Positions 28,001 to 40,044 of a DNA stretch of 64,000 bases are shown here, in pieces (within the stretch, counting starts at the first letter, position 1; every line of letters starts with the position of its first letter). Made by a program: the position numbers and the translations under genes. The notes below the pieces were generated by a model. The model was not told the DNA's origin. It worked only from the letters and a program-made list of their open reading frames with translations, and ran no database searches. The stretch spans positions 1 through 64,000 of the forward strand of contig KZ538129.1 of assembly GCA_000934665.2 (NCBI GenBank), written 5' to 3'. The stretch comes from Catajapyx aquilonaris. Its lineage: Eukaryota.

Positions 28001-31000
28001 TAAACATTAACTTTGTGACGCCCTGCGGCATTTCCGGATACCCTGGGGTACAGTATGATGTGAAACTGGGTTAATTTGAACATGGGAATCACTGAAATAT
28101 ACACTAATTAGCTCATGCGAATTGCGAAACAAGGCGCATTATTTTGAGTACCGGACAATTACATAAAAGTGTCGTAACTGTAGGCCATAGGAATTTTTGT
28201 TACACTTTGTTACTTTGTTGCACTACATGCTGCAGTAGTCCCAACATGTGTTATGCCGATAATGATGAAGAATTATAGTTAGTGATTTTATAAGTTATGC
28301 CTGTACAGAGGGGCAAATGGCAACTTTTTGTCCCTGCTGGGTATTAACCTTTTACAGAGCTGTCATAAGGGATATTGCGCCATGATTCTCAGTACAATAT
28401 TAATATGAATTGATTTAGCAAAGCACGTGAGTCCGTGAGCAAGTGAAGTTTTTCGACACTTGTGTGATGGTTCAATTCGTGTACAGAGCGCAATGATTCG
28501 AATAAGGTTAGATAGGCTCCATTTATCAAGTACTTTTCCAGGTTGAAATACCAGATGAACGAGCGATAGTAGACCGTGACATTAGCGAGTCTATCAATTT
28601 CGCGTAATTTGTGCACTAGTAAACGATTCGCTTCTTGCACTGCAAGAATGATCTACGGCACGCCAATGACACGATTAGGGGTTTTTCATAATTGATGAGT
28701 AGTTTCCCCATTTCATCTATTACTAAGCCCAAGTTATGCCTATTAACTCATTATGTTGTTAGCTATGGAAGGAAAGTACAGTAATTGCAGGTAAAATGCA
28801 CGGTACGCAAACATTACTACAAATTCTTCGATGCGGGCTGTCCGTTGCTATAGGTGTACCTTATAAGTTATTCACGTACATATCTAAGACATAAAAGAGT
28901 TTTACGCCCAATCTAACGTAAGCATATACAGAGTATGCCAATAATCCCGGGTTAATTAATTCCAAGTGTGACAACTAAGGTCGAGGAGACAGCCATAAAC
29001 GCCACAAGGCAACAGTTGCAAAAAGACGGCCGACAAGTTTGATAGTAATGGCGAACTGTGGTGTAGTCGTGTGCCACAGAATTATGCAGAGATTTTATAG
29101 GCGTTTGCATGGACTGAAAACTAATAACCTATAAATTGCCCGTAACATATGGAAGCATTCTTGTCTTCTATTTGCAACGATTTCGGATATTTATTGGCTT
29201 AGCAGTACCGTCAGTAATATAGTGCGTGTGGTACCGGTACAGTCTACATGTTGCCTATTACAAACATGTACCTATATGCGAATGTAGATATTTATTTATA
29301 TATTTCTAAGTTGCAGCTCTGGCCAGCTGGAAATTGCTTAACAGGAATTATATGAATCACCGGCAATAAGTTACGGGTGTCACTTAACACTGCCTATTAC
29401 ATGAATAGATCCATAGCTACACGTGTGGTATCTGTTGTAATACTATTGTCTAGTCTTGTGAATGCATATTAAAATGACTTATTTTTAGCCTTGAAATTAC
29501 ATAACACCAGAACTACAACAGGAAAACTAGTTCAATCAAGGAAATATCATATTAAAGGGAGTTGTGCATAAGCATAATAATACACAGTATTAGTTCAGGA
29601 AGTTGATGCATTTTGCATGTAATTATTAGCCGCAAAATAATAAAAAAAGCGAAGCGCGGTGAACGAAGCGACGTCTAAGTTCAGTATAGGAAGCAATTAA
29701 GTGTTGACAGAATGCGGGCACCTTTAACAATGCTGGGACGGAATGGATGCTCCGATAATAATGCTTGAGGAACAGGTTGAGGAAGAGCATTGTCCTGCAG
29801 TCTGGGTGGCAGGAAGGTGTCGTTTCAGTGCCGGTAATTGAATTCAAGTCGACCGCCAGATATACACGCCCTGCACGTTGCCCAAGTCGATCTACAAGCC
29901 CTAGGCCTACCTGCCAAGATCATACAGGGTGTTCCAGCAGGTGCCATCTGCGGAGAAGCCATTCTTAATTAACTTAAAATATGCTAATAACAACAACAAA
30001 ATTTAAAGTGTTTATATATAAGCATTCTTGCTAGTTGAATGTTTTTTGTTGCATAATTATTTTTGCCTGATACCTTTATTTTTATTATGTGTTACACAGC
30101 TATATAAAAAGGTACTTATTTTAAGATGCCCTTTTTTTGCTTAGTTGATGATTTCATTACTAACTGCGCTATTTGTGTTTGCCTCGGTATATAAAAATGT
30201 ACCCAAATTGGCCTCTTATAAATGTTGACACTGACTCCACGACATATGCTTTTTTTGGCAGCTTATTGCGATTAATTTTGGATGGACCTTGTCAGAGACC
30301 CGCTTTGCGGTGATCTACCGCCGTGGAATTTAAAAATGACCTTATTTTAGTGTCAAAAATAACGGTGAGCGGCTCTTCTCAAGTAAGATTAATGATAATG
30401 TTTAGTCTTACAGGGGGAAAGTCCGGGTGATAATTTTGCGACGAGGATTAAATAACGTTCTGCGCACTTGGCTGCGCAACCACAATCGAGATTGCTTTGC
30501 GGAGTTTTTTTTTTTTCCTTCCTTCTCTCCTTTCTTCTTTGTAGCTCTGTACGCTTTTGGCCAGAAAATTGCTTCCTGGCATTCAATTGAAAATTGTACC
30601 TACTTGTGCTGTGGCATCATTATTGACTTCCTTATGTCTTTAGGGGAAAAGTAGTACTAATTTGTATCGGACAGGGCGTTTCTACAAGAAGCACTTGAAT
30701 CTGCTATGGAGGTACCGGGTGGAGGGTACACTGTACTATTATTGCTGATGTCTTGTAGCAATTACATGGACATTTATTTTTATGGAGTATTGCACGTGTA
30801 GTGTACCTCGGGTGTAGCGGACGGATATCGGTCAGTGCCTTATTATTGAAAGGGTCAGGAGACGGTCGTTGCGGTCAGGCATTTTATACTCCTTATCTAT
30901 AGTATCATTATTCTAAAATTTGTTCCCAAGAAATTTTGTTGCAGAGTAATGTAGGAGGTGACTTTTTGACAATAACGTAACACTTGGTTGCTGTGGAGGC

Positions 31001-32437
31001 ACGAATTGGGGAACTTTCCCTTGCTTATGAAACTTATTGCCCAGAATTTTAAAAGCATAATCATAATGTTAGCACTCTTATAAAGCTAAGGAAATTGCCC
31101 TTTGTACGTCTCGGTGTGGTGGGCTACGGTATAGCATGTGCCTAGAAAGGTTTCTGAGAGATGTTTGGCGAAGAAATGTGGCTTCAAATACAGGATGAGC
31201 AGGAGACCGTTGAAGGGCGGTCAGAGTAGCGTACCTTCCTTTGTGGGTGGCCCGAGGTCCTAATCTAGTGTTTTATAGCCATTTCTTACGCATTTTTCCC
31301 GCGCCTTTTGCGTGTTACCTAGCAGTAAAAACTTTGACGCCAGACAGCGAAGAAAGGAGATGTGGTCTCTGCACCACAACATTAATTGCACAATATTGTC
31401 ACCAGTCCTTGTCGTACACAGTATAGTTAAACTTTTGAATGTAAGATATACACATACCCATAATTTCTAAGGAGGACCCCCACACTCTCACCCACACATG
31501 GTATGTGCACATACCACCTATGATAAAGAGTCAACGCCCTGTGTTGGACTACTCCAAGCTCTCTTTACATACAAAGTACTCACTCCACATGCATTTGAGT
31601 TACGCTTAACACGGAGCGTTGCATCCAAACACACAGCGGCTGTTGCATTAGCCAGCTGACTATGCGAGTACGACCTGCATTACCATTAGATGTCAGGTCG
31701 TGTCTTCTCTCCCGCACGTCAGTGTATGCAGAACTTGATTTGGTAATTTGCAAAATGTAATCCGGCAGTTGGGAAAAAGTTTGCCTGATTTGTCTGCGCC
31801 CGGTGATGAGAATCGTGACAGTGGAAATTTTCTCATGATTTCGAACTAGGAACCATAAGGTGTAGGTTACACGAGAAATAGTCCTCACCTAGCGTGCCTC
31901 GGGGCCATCAAAAATGAGCTCCAATTATGATATCTGCATTAACGCAGGGAGACTTTTATTCGGGCATAGATTAAACAGGAAGGCAAATCACACGAGTCGA
32001 CCCCCTTTTTTTGGGACCAAAAAAGAGGCGGGAAAGTGTGATAAGGAGGGCTTGTCCACCGGTGTTGACATTAGTTATTGAAGGCATTGTCGGAGGGGGT
32101 GGGGAGGATACGATAAGAACAGGGGAGTTTGTCATCTTAAGAGAAGTATAGATGGCGGGGATGGGAAGTAGTGGAGTCGTCGACACTATCGACATGCATC
32201 AGCCCACGCCCCTCACAGGCATCCCCGTGCTCATAAATTGACTTTTCTGTCGATGTGCCCGACTGGTCGCTCCCATTCCCCTGCACCCCCCGAAAAAAAA
32301 GAAAGAAAAAAGTATGGGCTGCTTGTCACGGGCCATCCAGTGCCAATCGACGATGACCTCAAGTGTCCGGCGTCGGAATTCGGATGGCCGTAACTGGGTT
32401 TAGTTGGGGGACGTGAGTTGGATTTGGACTTCGAATG

Positions 32438-32995
32438 AAGTAAAATATTAAACTGAAATAATAAAGAAATTGAGTAAAATATTAAACTGAAATAATCAAG
32501 AAATTGAGTAATATATTACACTGAAATAATCAAGAAATTGAGTGAAATATTAAACTGAAATAATTAGGCAATTGAGTGAAAATAAAAATTGAAAGAATGA
32601 AATGAGTGAGAATAAAATAATTTGCCATAAATAAATGAGTGAAAAATTGAAACAATGGAGAAGTGAGCGAAAAAATGAAATCAAAAAATTGAGTGGAAAT
32701 AAAAATTAAAGTAATAAAGAAATGAGTGAAAATAAATTTGAAATAAGTGAGTCAAAATTGAAACAATGTTAGGAAAATGAGTGAAAAATTGAAACAATAG
32801 AGACGTGAGCGAAAAAATTGAAATAAATATTGAGTGGAAATAAAATTGAAACAATAAAGTAATGAGTAAGAATGAAATTGAAATAATGAGAATAAATTTG
32901 AACTAAAGAAATGAGTGAAAAATTGAAACAATGGAGAAGTGAGAATAAAAATTGAAACAATGGAGTATTGAGGATGTAAATTGAAACAATAGAGG
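32438..32995. repeat. AT-rich, purine-biased minisatellite (34-bp unit decaying into ~27-30-bp units)
   Basis: GAGT-starting units at 32472, 32506, 32540 and 32574 (period 34, gagtaaaatattaaactgaaataatcaagaaatt), then repeated gagtgaaaaattgaaacaat variants. Confidence 0.92.
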
Positions 32996-35900
32996 CTAGT
33001 GAGAAATATTAAATAAGTTGCCGGAGGAGTGCCTAGCAGATGGGCAGAGTTGGCATGTGCAGTTTTCGCAAGGGGGTGGGGCCTTATTTGGCATCCATGG
33101 GAGGGATTTTATATGTTAAATAAAGGGAGGAAGAGAAGGGGGAGGGACTGTTAAAAATGCACACCCTATTCTTGCACGTGGCTTACTTTTAGTGTGTAGT
33201 TAGCTTGTTAATGCAGGGTATGTGGCAGTACTGCAATCACTGTCATACCCGTGTGCTGTTATTTTCGTGTTTTTTATTCTATGACTACTGTTTTCTCGAA
33301 TGTGCGTTGATACTGCGTATTGCAACATTGCGTTAATCCAGGCTTTTGATATTGGTATACTACTATACTTGAACAGAGGTCACTTTGGCATGGGCTGGCA
33401 TGCAGTATGTTCTACACATGTTGTAAATATAACGGCAAAGTGGGGCTAATGGGGTTAATTTTGCAATTATGCAGGCATATTCTTACTGGTTTCCTTGATT
33501 TACTGCGTTGTAGTACAGGTACTACGTTTATATAGGCTTGCCAACATATTTTTTTCTACTAAAATTATTGCACCGTAGATTTTTTTCCTCAAGTAAAAAG
33601 TTGCCTTTCGATTTAGCCTTACATAACGTGCTGAAACTCATTCACATTAATTACAGTGGTAACCCGTTTTGTTTGGGTGAGATTGTTGTCAAGGATGTAA
33701 ACTGTTGACATATCTCAGAGTCAAGTGCCATATTAAAATGATAAATTCGCACAATGGGAAGCTTGTCACTGTTTATTACAATTGAATACTTACCCTGACT
33801 AACGTTGTATGTTACATTTCACTGTTGCACACTGGCAAGTATCCAATATTATACGGACGCACACGGTTTAATGTTATTGCGAATTTAAGATATGAAACAA
33901 AATATATTCTATGGCCACACATTCAATAAGTTTATTCATGTAATCACTCAAGCTGTTTCACAAATCTGCATGTTATATCTCATGGCTTTAACTACAACCT
34001 GGAAGATATGGCTGTTTGTCGTTTGTATAGTATTTATGCAGCTAATATCCTCCAATTTGACTCAAAATATTTTTTATCGCGCCCGATTAGTACACAAAGC
34101 GACTATAATCCGAGCATGGTCAAAGTACCCTCTTTAAGTCCCATTCAGACAGTCCATATCTCTCCAAATATGGCGCCTATCAAGGCCCCACCTCGCAATG
34201 AAGACGTCAACAATGAAGATATTTCCATCCGTATTTGATATTGAGATTGGACGTGGAGAAAACCAGCACCGTTTGGCAAGTCGTGACTCGTCGCCGTTCA
34301 TTATTCCCAATTTGGGGAATACCTTGTCATCGGTGTTTTCCATATGATTTACCGACGACTAATTAAAATAAAGGAGTGGCGGCGCACGAAAGCTGCAACG
34401 GATAATTTACCGACCAGATGATTTGTACTCGGGTAATCGTCGCATAAACCGTACCCAAAGGTAGTCAAAATCTTGTATACCATCGCACCCAGTAGTAGTA
34501 GTAGTAGTACGGCCAAGTTATGCAAACTGCTGGGTTCAATAGACTCCACGGCACTTCTGTAGGCAGCTGCCGACAACCCTGTGAATTATTGTGGAGACAG
34601 CTGAGACCCTTTACGGGGAGACTCACGTGAATGAGATATGACGAGTCCTAGTCGGCCCCGCTCTACTTTATGGTTTCCGTTATCGTGGTACGGCACTGTC
34701 AAGTCGATTCCAATCCGGCCTGGGATTAAGCCGAGCTAAATTTGAGCAAAATGGAGGGGACCAAATATGCAGTGTCTAAGTTTATTTCCAATTTTTTTCA
34801 ATTTATTGGCAACCTGTAAAAGATTTAACAATGTATGAGCGGTTCTCAGTGGAATCCACAGATGGCGTGGCAACCGGCCACCGACATTAAAAATGGTGTA
34901 AAATCTAACAATTTTTGTACATCAGTTTAAACCGGGGTCACTAGTCTTAGGCCATACGATGATTAACGTGCAGCATAAAGCCTGTATATTTTTTTGCGGG
35001 CCCTAGAGAAGATCAAAGGACACACACACAAACACACTTGTTTAGAGGGGCGGCCCGAAAATGCTGCAAATGGGCTTTGTTATGGATTCATATACAGGAC
35101 CAACCCATCATAAAGCTTCTTGGTTTTAATGAACGTTGCGATGCGTGGCTTTGTGCGGCGGATGGGGCCCTAGAAACATATTACCCTTCCTGTTGCATCG
35201 GGTTACATGTGCGTGTAATATGTGTATGCCTGTTGTGACACCACAACTGCTCTCAAAAGGGCCCTGCGTATATGCTGCACCGGCTTGTAATACCGGAATG
35301 CAAAACAGGGCCCCCTTTTGTAGCAAAATGTTATTAGTGCGAACTTGACACGGGTACGTTATGGTGGGGGCTGTACTGTTAACGTCCTGGATAGCTTGGG
35401 GCATGCTTCCTGATCCTGCCGGTATTGCACAAAAATTGCAGCCATGTTGCGTGTCTTGGCCTGAAGTCTCATAGGGGAATAGACCTAGTTTTTTTTACGG
35501 GTATTTTTCCGCGACATTAAAAGAAAACTGGGGGGGATCGGAAAAAACGACCCGGAATCCACTTAATGGCCGTTTTGGAAAAAATGGGGCCTTTTTTGAC
35601 CATTACGGTAGCAAAAAGCGTTTCAGTTGGTAACAAGACGTGGTCAAAGAAAGTGCCACCTGGGACTGGAAAATTGAGGCTGATTACCGTCAGTCTTGTT
35701 CGCCGGTACATACGGTGTTTTTCTTCAATCAAATAATAAACAGGTGCCGTGTCTCGCCTTATTGTGAGTGACGCAAGGAATAGCCTTTTTTCCGAAATGA
35801 AATTTTATCTGGGTTGCGGATCGCATGAATTGTGAACGACACATTTTCCTTCCCTTTTTTTGTTTAGGAAAAGGATAAGTAAACCATGAGTTATGCATAG

Positions 35901-36747
35901 GAGGACCATGCCAGCGGAATTGAATTGAACGGGCCGACCCGCTTTCTGCGTGGCCAAGCAAGTCGCTCGGATTGCTATCAATCTATAGAAAACGAGCTTC
36001 TTCCTGAAAGCCTGCATGTATGTCGGGATATGCATGGATTTGACGGTATCACTGCTGGAATTGCACGTCATAATAGCACAGGTCGGCACAGGTGGTAGTT
36101 GGTAGTATGAGCAAATAACTATTGTGTTATATTGCGATGTGATGAGTAGCGACAATACTCTACTGACGTGAGCAATAAGTTGGTTCATAAATAACTGCAG
36201 CAATGTCTGGACCAAACATGCTTGATCTGGATCAAACATGGCGGCTCCCACGCTCATTTCAAAAAATTATTTAACCTACCACCAGGTTATGCTGGTGCAT
36301 GGCAACACAATGTACTCATAGAATGTGGGTTGGCTGTCCGTTTGGCTGCATGTGACTGACTTCCATTTTCTAGGGGAGTTTTTAATGGCGGTCGTTGGTT
36401 GCGGGGGCATAATAATGGAAATAAAAGGGACGCAGGGCAAGACGGCAAAAATTCGATCAGTTTCCAAGCAACTGGTGTTCTAATGGCCGCCGAAAAAGAC
36501 CCATTTTCCAGAGTGTAAGAGGCCATAAATCTCGCAGGGCCGCGGAAGGCAGCGAGGATAAACAGAGTTATGGCGGGACCTGTAATTCCAAGCCTGATTG
36601 GGCTTGTTGCAAAACCCCTGTCATTATAACTTGTGTCGATGTATCGCTCTTATATACACTTTTTTTGGTCAGCAGAGATATATGCTTACTAGTGTTGGAT
36701 CATTTATTCTCGACATGTATACTTAATGTGGTTTTGCTTTGTTTCAG

Positions 36748-36798
36748 ATGGTGCAAGCAATTCAAGTATTAAGGTTTCATCTTCTAGAGTTAGAGAAG
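36748..36798 (+). CDS. hth: hth coding exon 5 (MVQAIQVLRFHLLELEK, HM2)
   Basis: Acceptor ttttgctttgtttcag, a 51-nt phase-0 exon, and donor AAG|GTAAGC. Highly conserved Meis HM2 motif. Confidence 0.98.
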
Positions 36799-37004
36799 GT
36801 AAGCGCAGTTTTTTTGTACGCTTATTTTAGACGTAAGGTAAGGTCAATGTTTATGGCGGCCATGAGATGTTTTGTGATGCTTAAGACCAAGTTACATGGT
36901 ATTGGGGTTACTGTAATTCGCATTGTTTGTGTGAACCCATCTGGAATGCTGTTCCACTGAAATGTATCATTTTTGACGTAGGGACCTATATATGATATTG
37001 TTGG

Positions 37005-37022
37005 AATAATAATAATAATAAC

Positions 37023-37062
<40 letters not shown>
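37005..37062. repeat. (AAT)n microsatellite
   Basis: About 19 AAT units with one AAC interruption. Confidence 0.97.
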
Positions 37063-39660
37063 GTTTGGACTGATGTCACTTTTGTTGCCAGTGTTATTGT
37101 GACTTAGTTATAACAACAATGTGACATCATTCTGAGTTTAAATTTTAAGTCATTCAGGGTGTTAAGTTTAAATTTCCTCAGCAGTAGTTAGTGATTTTTG
37201 ACACTTAGCTTCTTATTTTAAGCAGTTGCTATTGTTTATCCAAAGTATTAGTTGGTAGTATTAGATTACGTTGACCTATCTTTTTGAAAATTTGCAGGTG
37301 GGTTATAGCCTGAAAAATGATTTCTCGCGATAACGTTCGATGCCAGTTGTTCCAGTTGCAGTGGGCTATTCCCATTTGAAATTCATTGGAATATTCCCTC
37401 ACATTAGCAACTAATACTTCTGATAATCGATTGGATCATTCAGAATTGGTTTCACTTTCTACTTTGTTCATCAATGGCATTCTTTCCAGACACGCCTTGT
37501 AAGAATACTGTACATACCAACATATTATCACTTAAGTTATTTCAAAATATTCAGTAAGCAGAATAAGCACAAATATTCGCACCAGTCCTTGGCCACCTCA
37601 TAGTATGAGCAACTTCAGGCTGGTAACCCGAACCGTCAAACTTCGAAATTCAAGGCAGGCCCAGCAAGTAAACGCATAAGTGTTGTTACATTGTTAGGAA
37701 ACTGCGCATTTCACCCGACCCCCACCGTAACCCTTAACACCGTTGATGTCGCATTGCAGTTGCGAATTTTTGGGGTGGGACCCAGCCAAGAATGCTGATT
37801 CCTTTAGTCCGACTCGAGAGGGGTATGCCGCCTTTTCTTGCACCCTCAGCTCGCATGCGGCCGGGATCGCAAAATCCCCCCAATTTCACGGGCAGAAGCA
37901 AGCTAATCGTGTAAAGGGAGGTGGGTATGAGGATGAGGATAGGGGTGGGGGGGGGGGGGTCCNAAAACAATTAATCACGGGGCGTCGGTAATAACGTAGC
38001 GGGTGTGACAGCAGCCCTGCAGCTTATAGGAAGTGGACCCCATTGTCGCAGCCTCAGCCTCCCCCACCCCTTTGACTCTTTGCCTCCCAAACCCCCCCTG
38101 TTCCCTAAACTCTGGGTTGTGTGAAGGACTAATGCGGGCGCCTCTGCAATAACACTTTGTTGGGTATTAGCCCCGCACTCAATGGTCGGGGCTGGGAGTC
38201 GCACAAGAATGCCACCGGCTTTCCAATATTTGGAATTGGTCGCATTCCTCTATGCCGTACGTCTGCTGACGAAGGAGGGGCCAGGGGGATGGTACAACAA
38301 GCCAAAGAGTTATTATGGGGCTGCCCTCCCATATCACTGCCTGCGATACATAACATGTCAGGGAAGACGGATTTTTAGTGGGGCTTGTTAAGGGACCCTA
38401 CTGACTAGTATGAAGTGGTTGCTCAGAAAAAAGGACAAATTAAGGAAAATCACTGCACGTACGCAAAATTTATCAGCAATATATAGTATCAGCAACAGTA
38501 GTCCGAAAGTGGGTTAGGTAGCCCGGGCATACATGACTCCCTCCAGTGAATAATGAAAGTGTGTTACAAACAAAAATATTCGGTTCACCCCCCCCCCCNC
38601 CCCCCCCCCTGGTTTTGGTATAGGGTAGCATCAGCCATTGGTGATTAGTGCTCGAGTTTTATGGCGTGGACAGTTGAAATTTAGGAGTCACCAGAGAGGA
38701 ACCAATTGCATGGTGTACTAATCCTTGACTTACTTTTAGAGTAGAACGTTTTAATTAGCCCGTTCATTTTCTCCACATGTCCGTATGATTGGTGCTCCAC
38801 CTGCCACCTGCACCTCGAGTATTTTATTGCTAATAAATGCAGGTACGTCGAACATAAATTAATTGCACGGCCGGGCATTAGGATGCGTTCACTGATTACA
38901 CTGTCAAATATTGTTAGCGTAATTTACGAAGTAACAGCTCCTTGTTGAAATGGATAGGAAGAGTTTGGGGAACCGGAACCGCTTGTCATTATTAGCAGAC
39001 ACATTCCTAGTAATTGATACACGCGTTCCTGTAATATTTCACAAATTTGGTGCGTTCCACTCGATCTGTGAATAAATTTATAGCCCTGGTAGGACTGGAA
39101 ATGGTCATTTTCAGAGCATGGCCGCTCTCACATGTGTTCTATGATCTTGGGGATGTGAGGCCGGGCCTACTTGTATGCTAATGTTGGAGCCTATTATGAA
39201 TGCAGTGGTGCTGTGATATGAATCCAGATTGTCTTATGTAACTGTAAATAAGTGTAGTCGGCAGAAATTTTCCGGATTCGTCACGTTTGGCCTTCTGGCT
39301 GTCCGGCTTGGCGTGCATTTCAAGTGGGTTGTAATCCCTCCACGACGAATATTTCAGCGTAATTGCGTCAAATCACGGGCCAGACAAGCAGATAATCCGG
39401 GGGAGTTATTAACTGCGCTCTTTGTATGTCCTTGTGGTGTGTTGGGAGACCATTTCCACAGCCGGTACTCCATGACGCCCGTTTTTATTGCGGGGCAAAT
39501 GAGTAAGGGGAATGAATTCAGCCTGTGACAATGTACCAAGGACTCCTACCAAATTGGTGCACATGAGGCACGTCATGGCTGAAATTAGCGATGTGGCCAC
39601 GGTGCGACGTCAACTGTCGATTGGCAGACTTCTACTCGTTCTTGGAAGGGATTGGACAGG

Positions 39661-39662
<2 letters not shown>

Positions 39663-39709
<47 letters not shown>
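39663..39709. repeat. (TAA)n microsatellite
   Basis: About 15 uninterrupted TAA units. Confidence 0.97.
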
Positions 39710-39846
39710 TGGCAACGTTGCGTGGCTCCTTCCTGATTGGTTGGGGTTGCGCGAGCTGTGGTGTGATTGGGTGCAGTGCGCGCGCCTGGTTGTTGCCACA
39801 TGTGGACTCATGATTAGTTCGACTGATGGTTTCTTTCACCCCCAAG

Positions 39847-40044
39847 GTGCACGAGCTGTGCGATAACTTCTGTCACCGGTACATCAGTTGCCTGAAGGGC
39901 AAGATGCCGATCGACCTGGTGATTGACGAGCGCGACTCGTCGAAACCATCCGGGGCCGACCTGGGAGCGCCATCCAACGGAGACGCAGCCAGATCCACTG
40001 CCGACTCGACGTCACACACCGACGGAGCCAGTACCCCCGACGTG
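39847..40044 (+). CDS. hth: hth coding exon 6 ([30 protein letters not shown]...DGASTPDV)
   Basis: Acceptor tttctttcacccccaag and donor GTG|GTGAGT. Encodes the end of the HM domain. Confidence 0.98.

Noticed and set aside
32438..32995. Possible CRISPR-like array (also considered for 45035-45372)
   Set aside because: There are no unique spacers between identical repeats, no cas genes, and the context is a eukaryotic intron.
37290..37303. Possible recursive splice site TTTGCAG|GTGGG (similar at about 28784 and 28533)
   Set aside because: Weak pyrimidine tract or weak regenerated donor; none matches polyY-AG|GTAAG.
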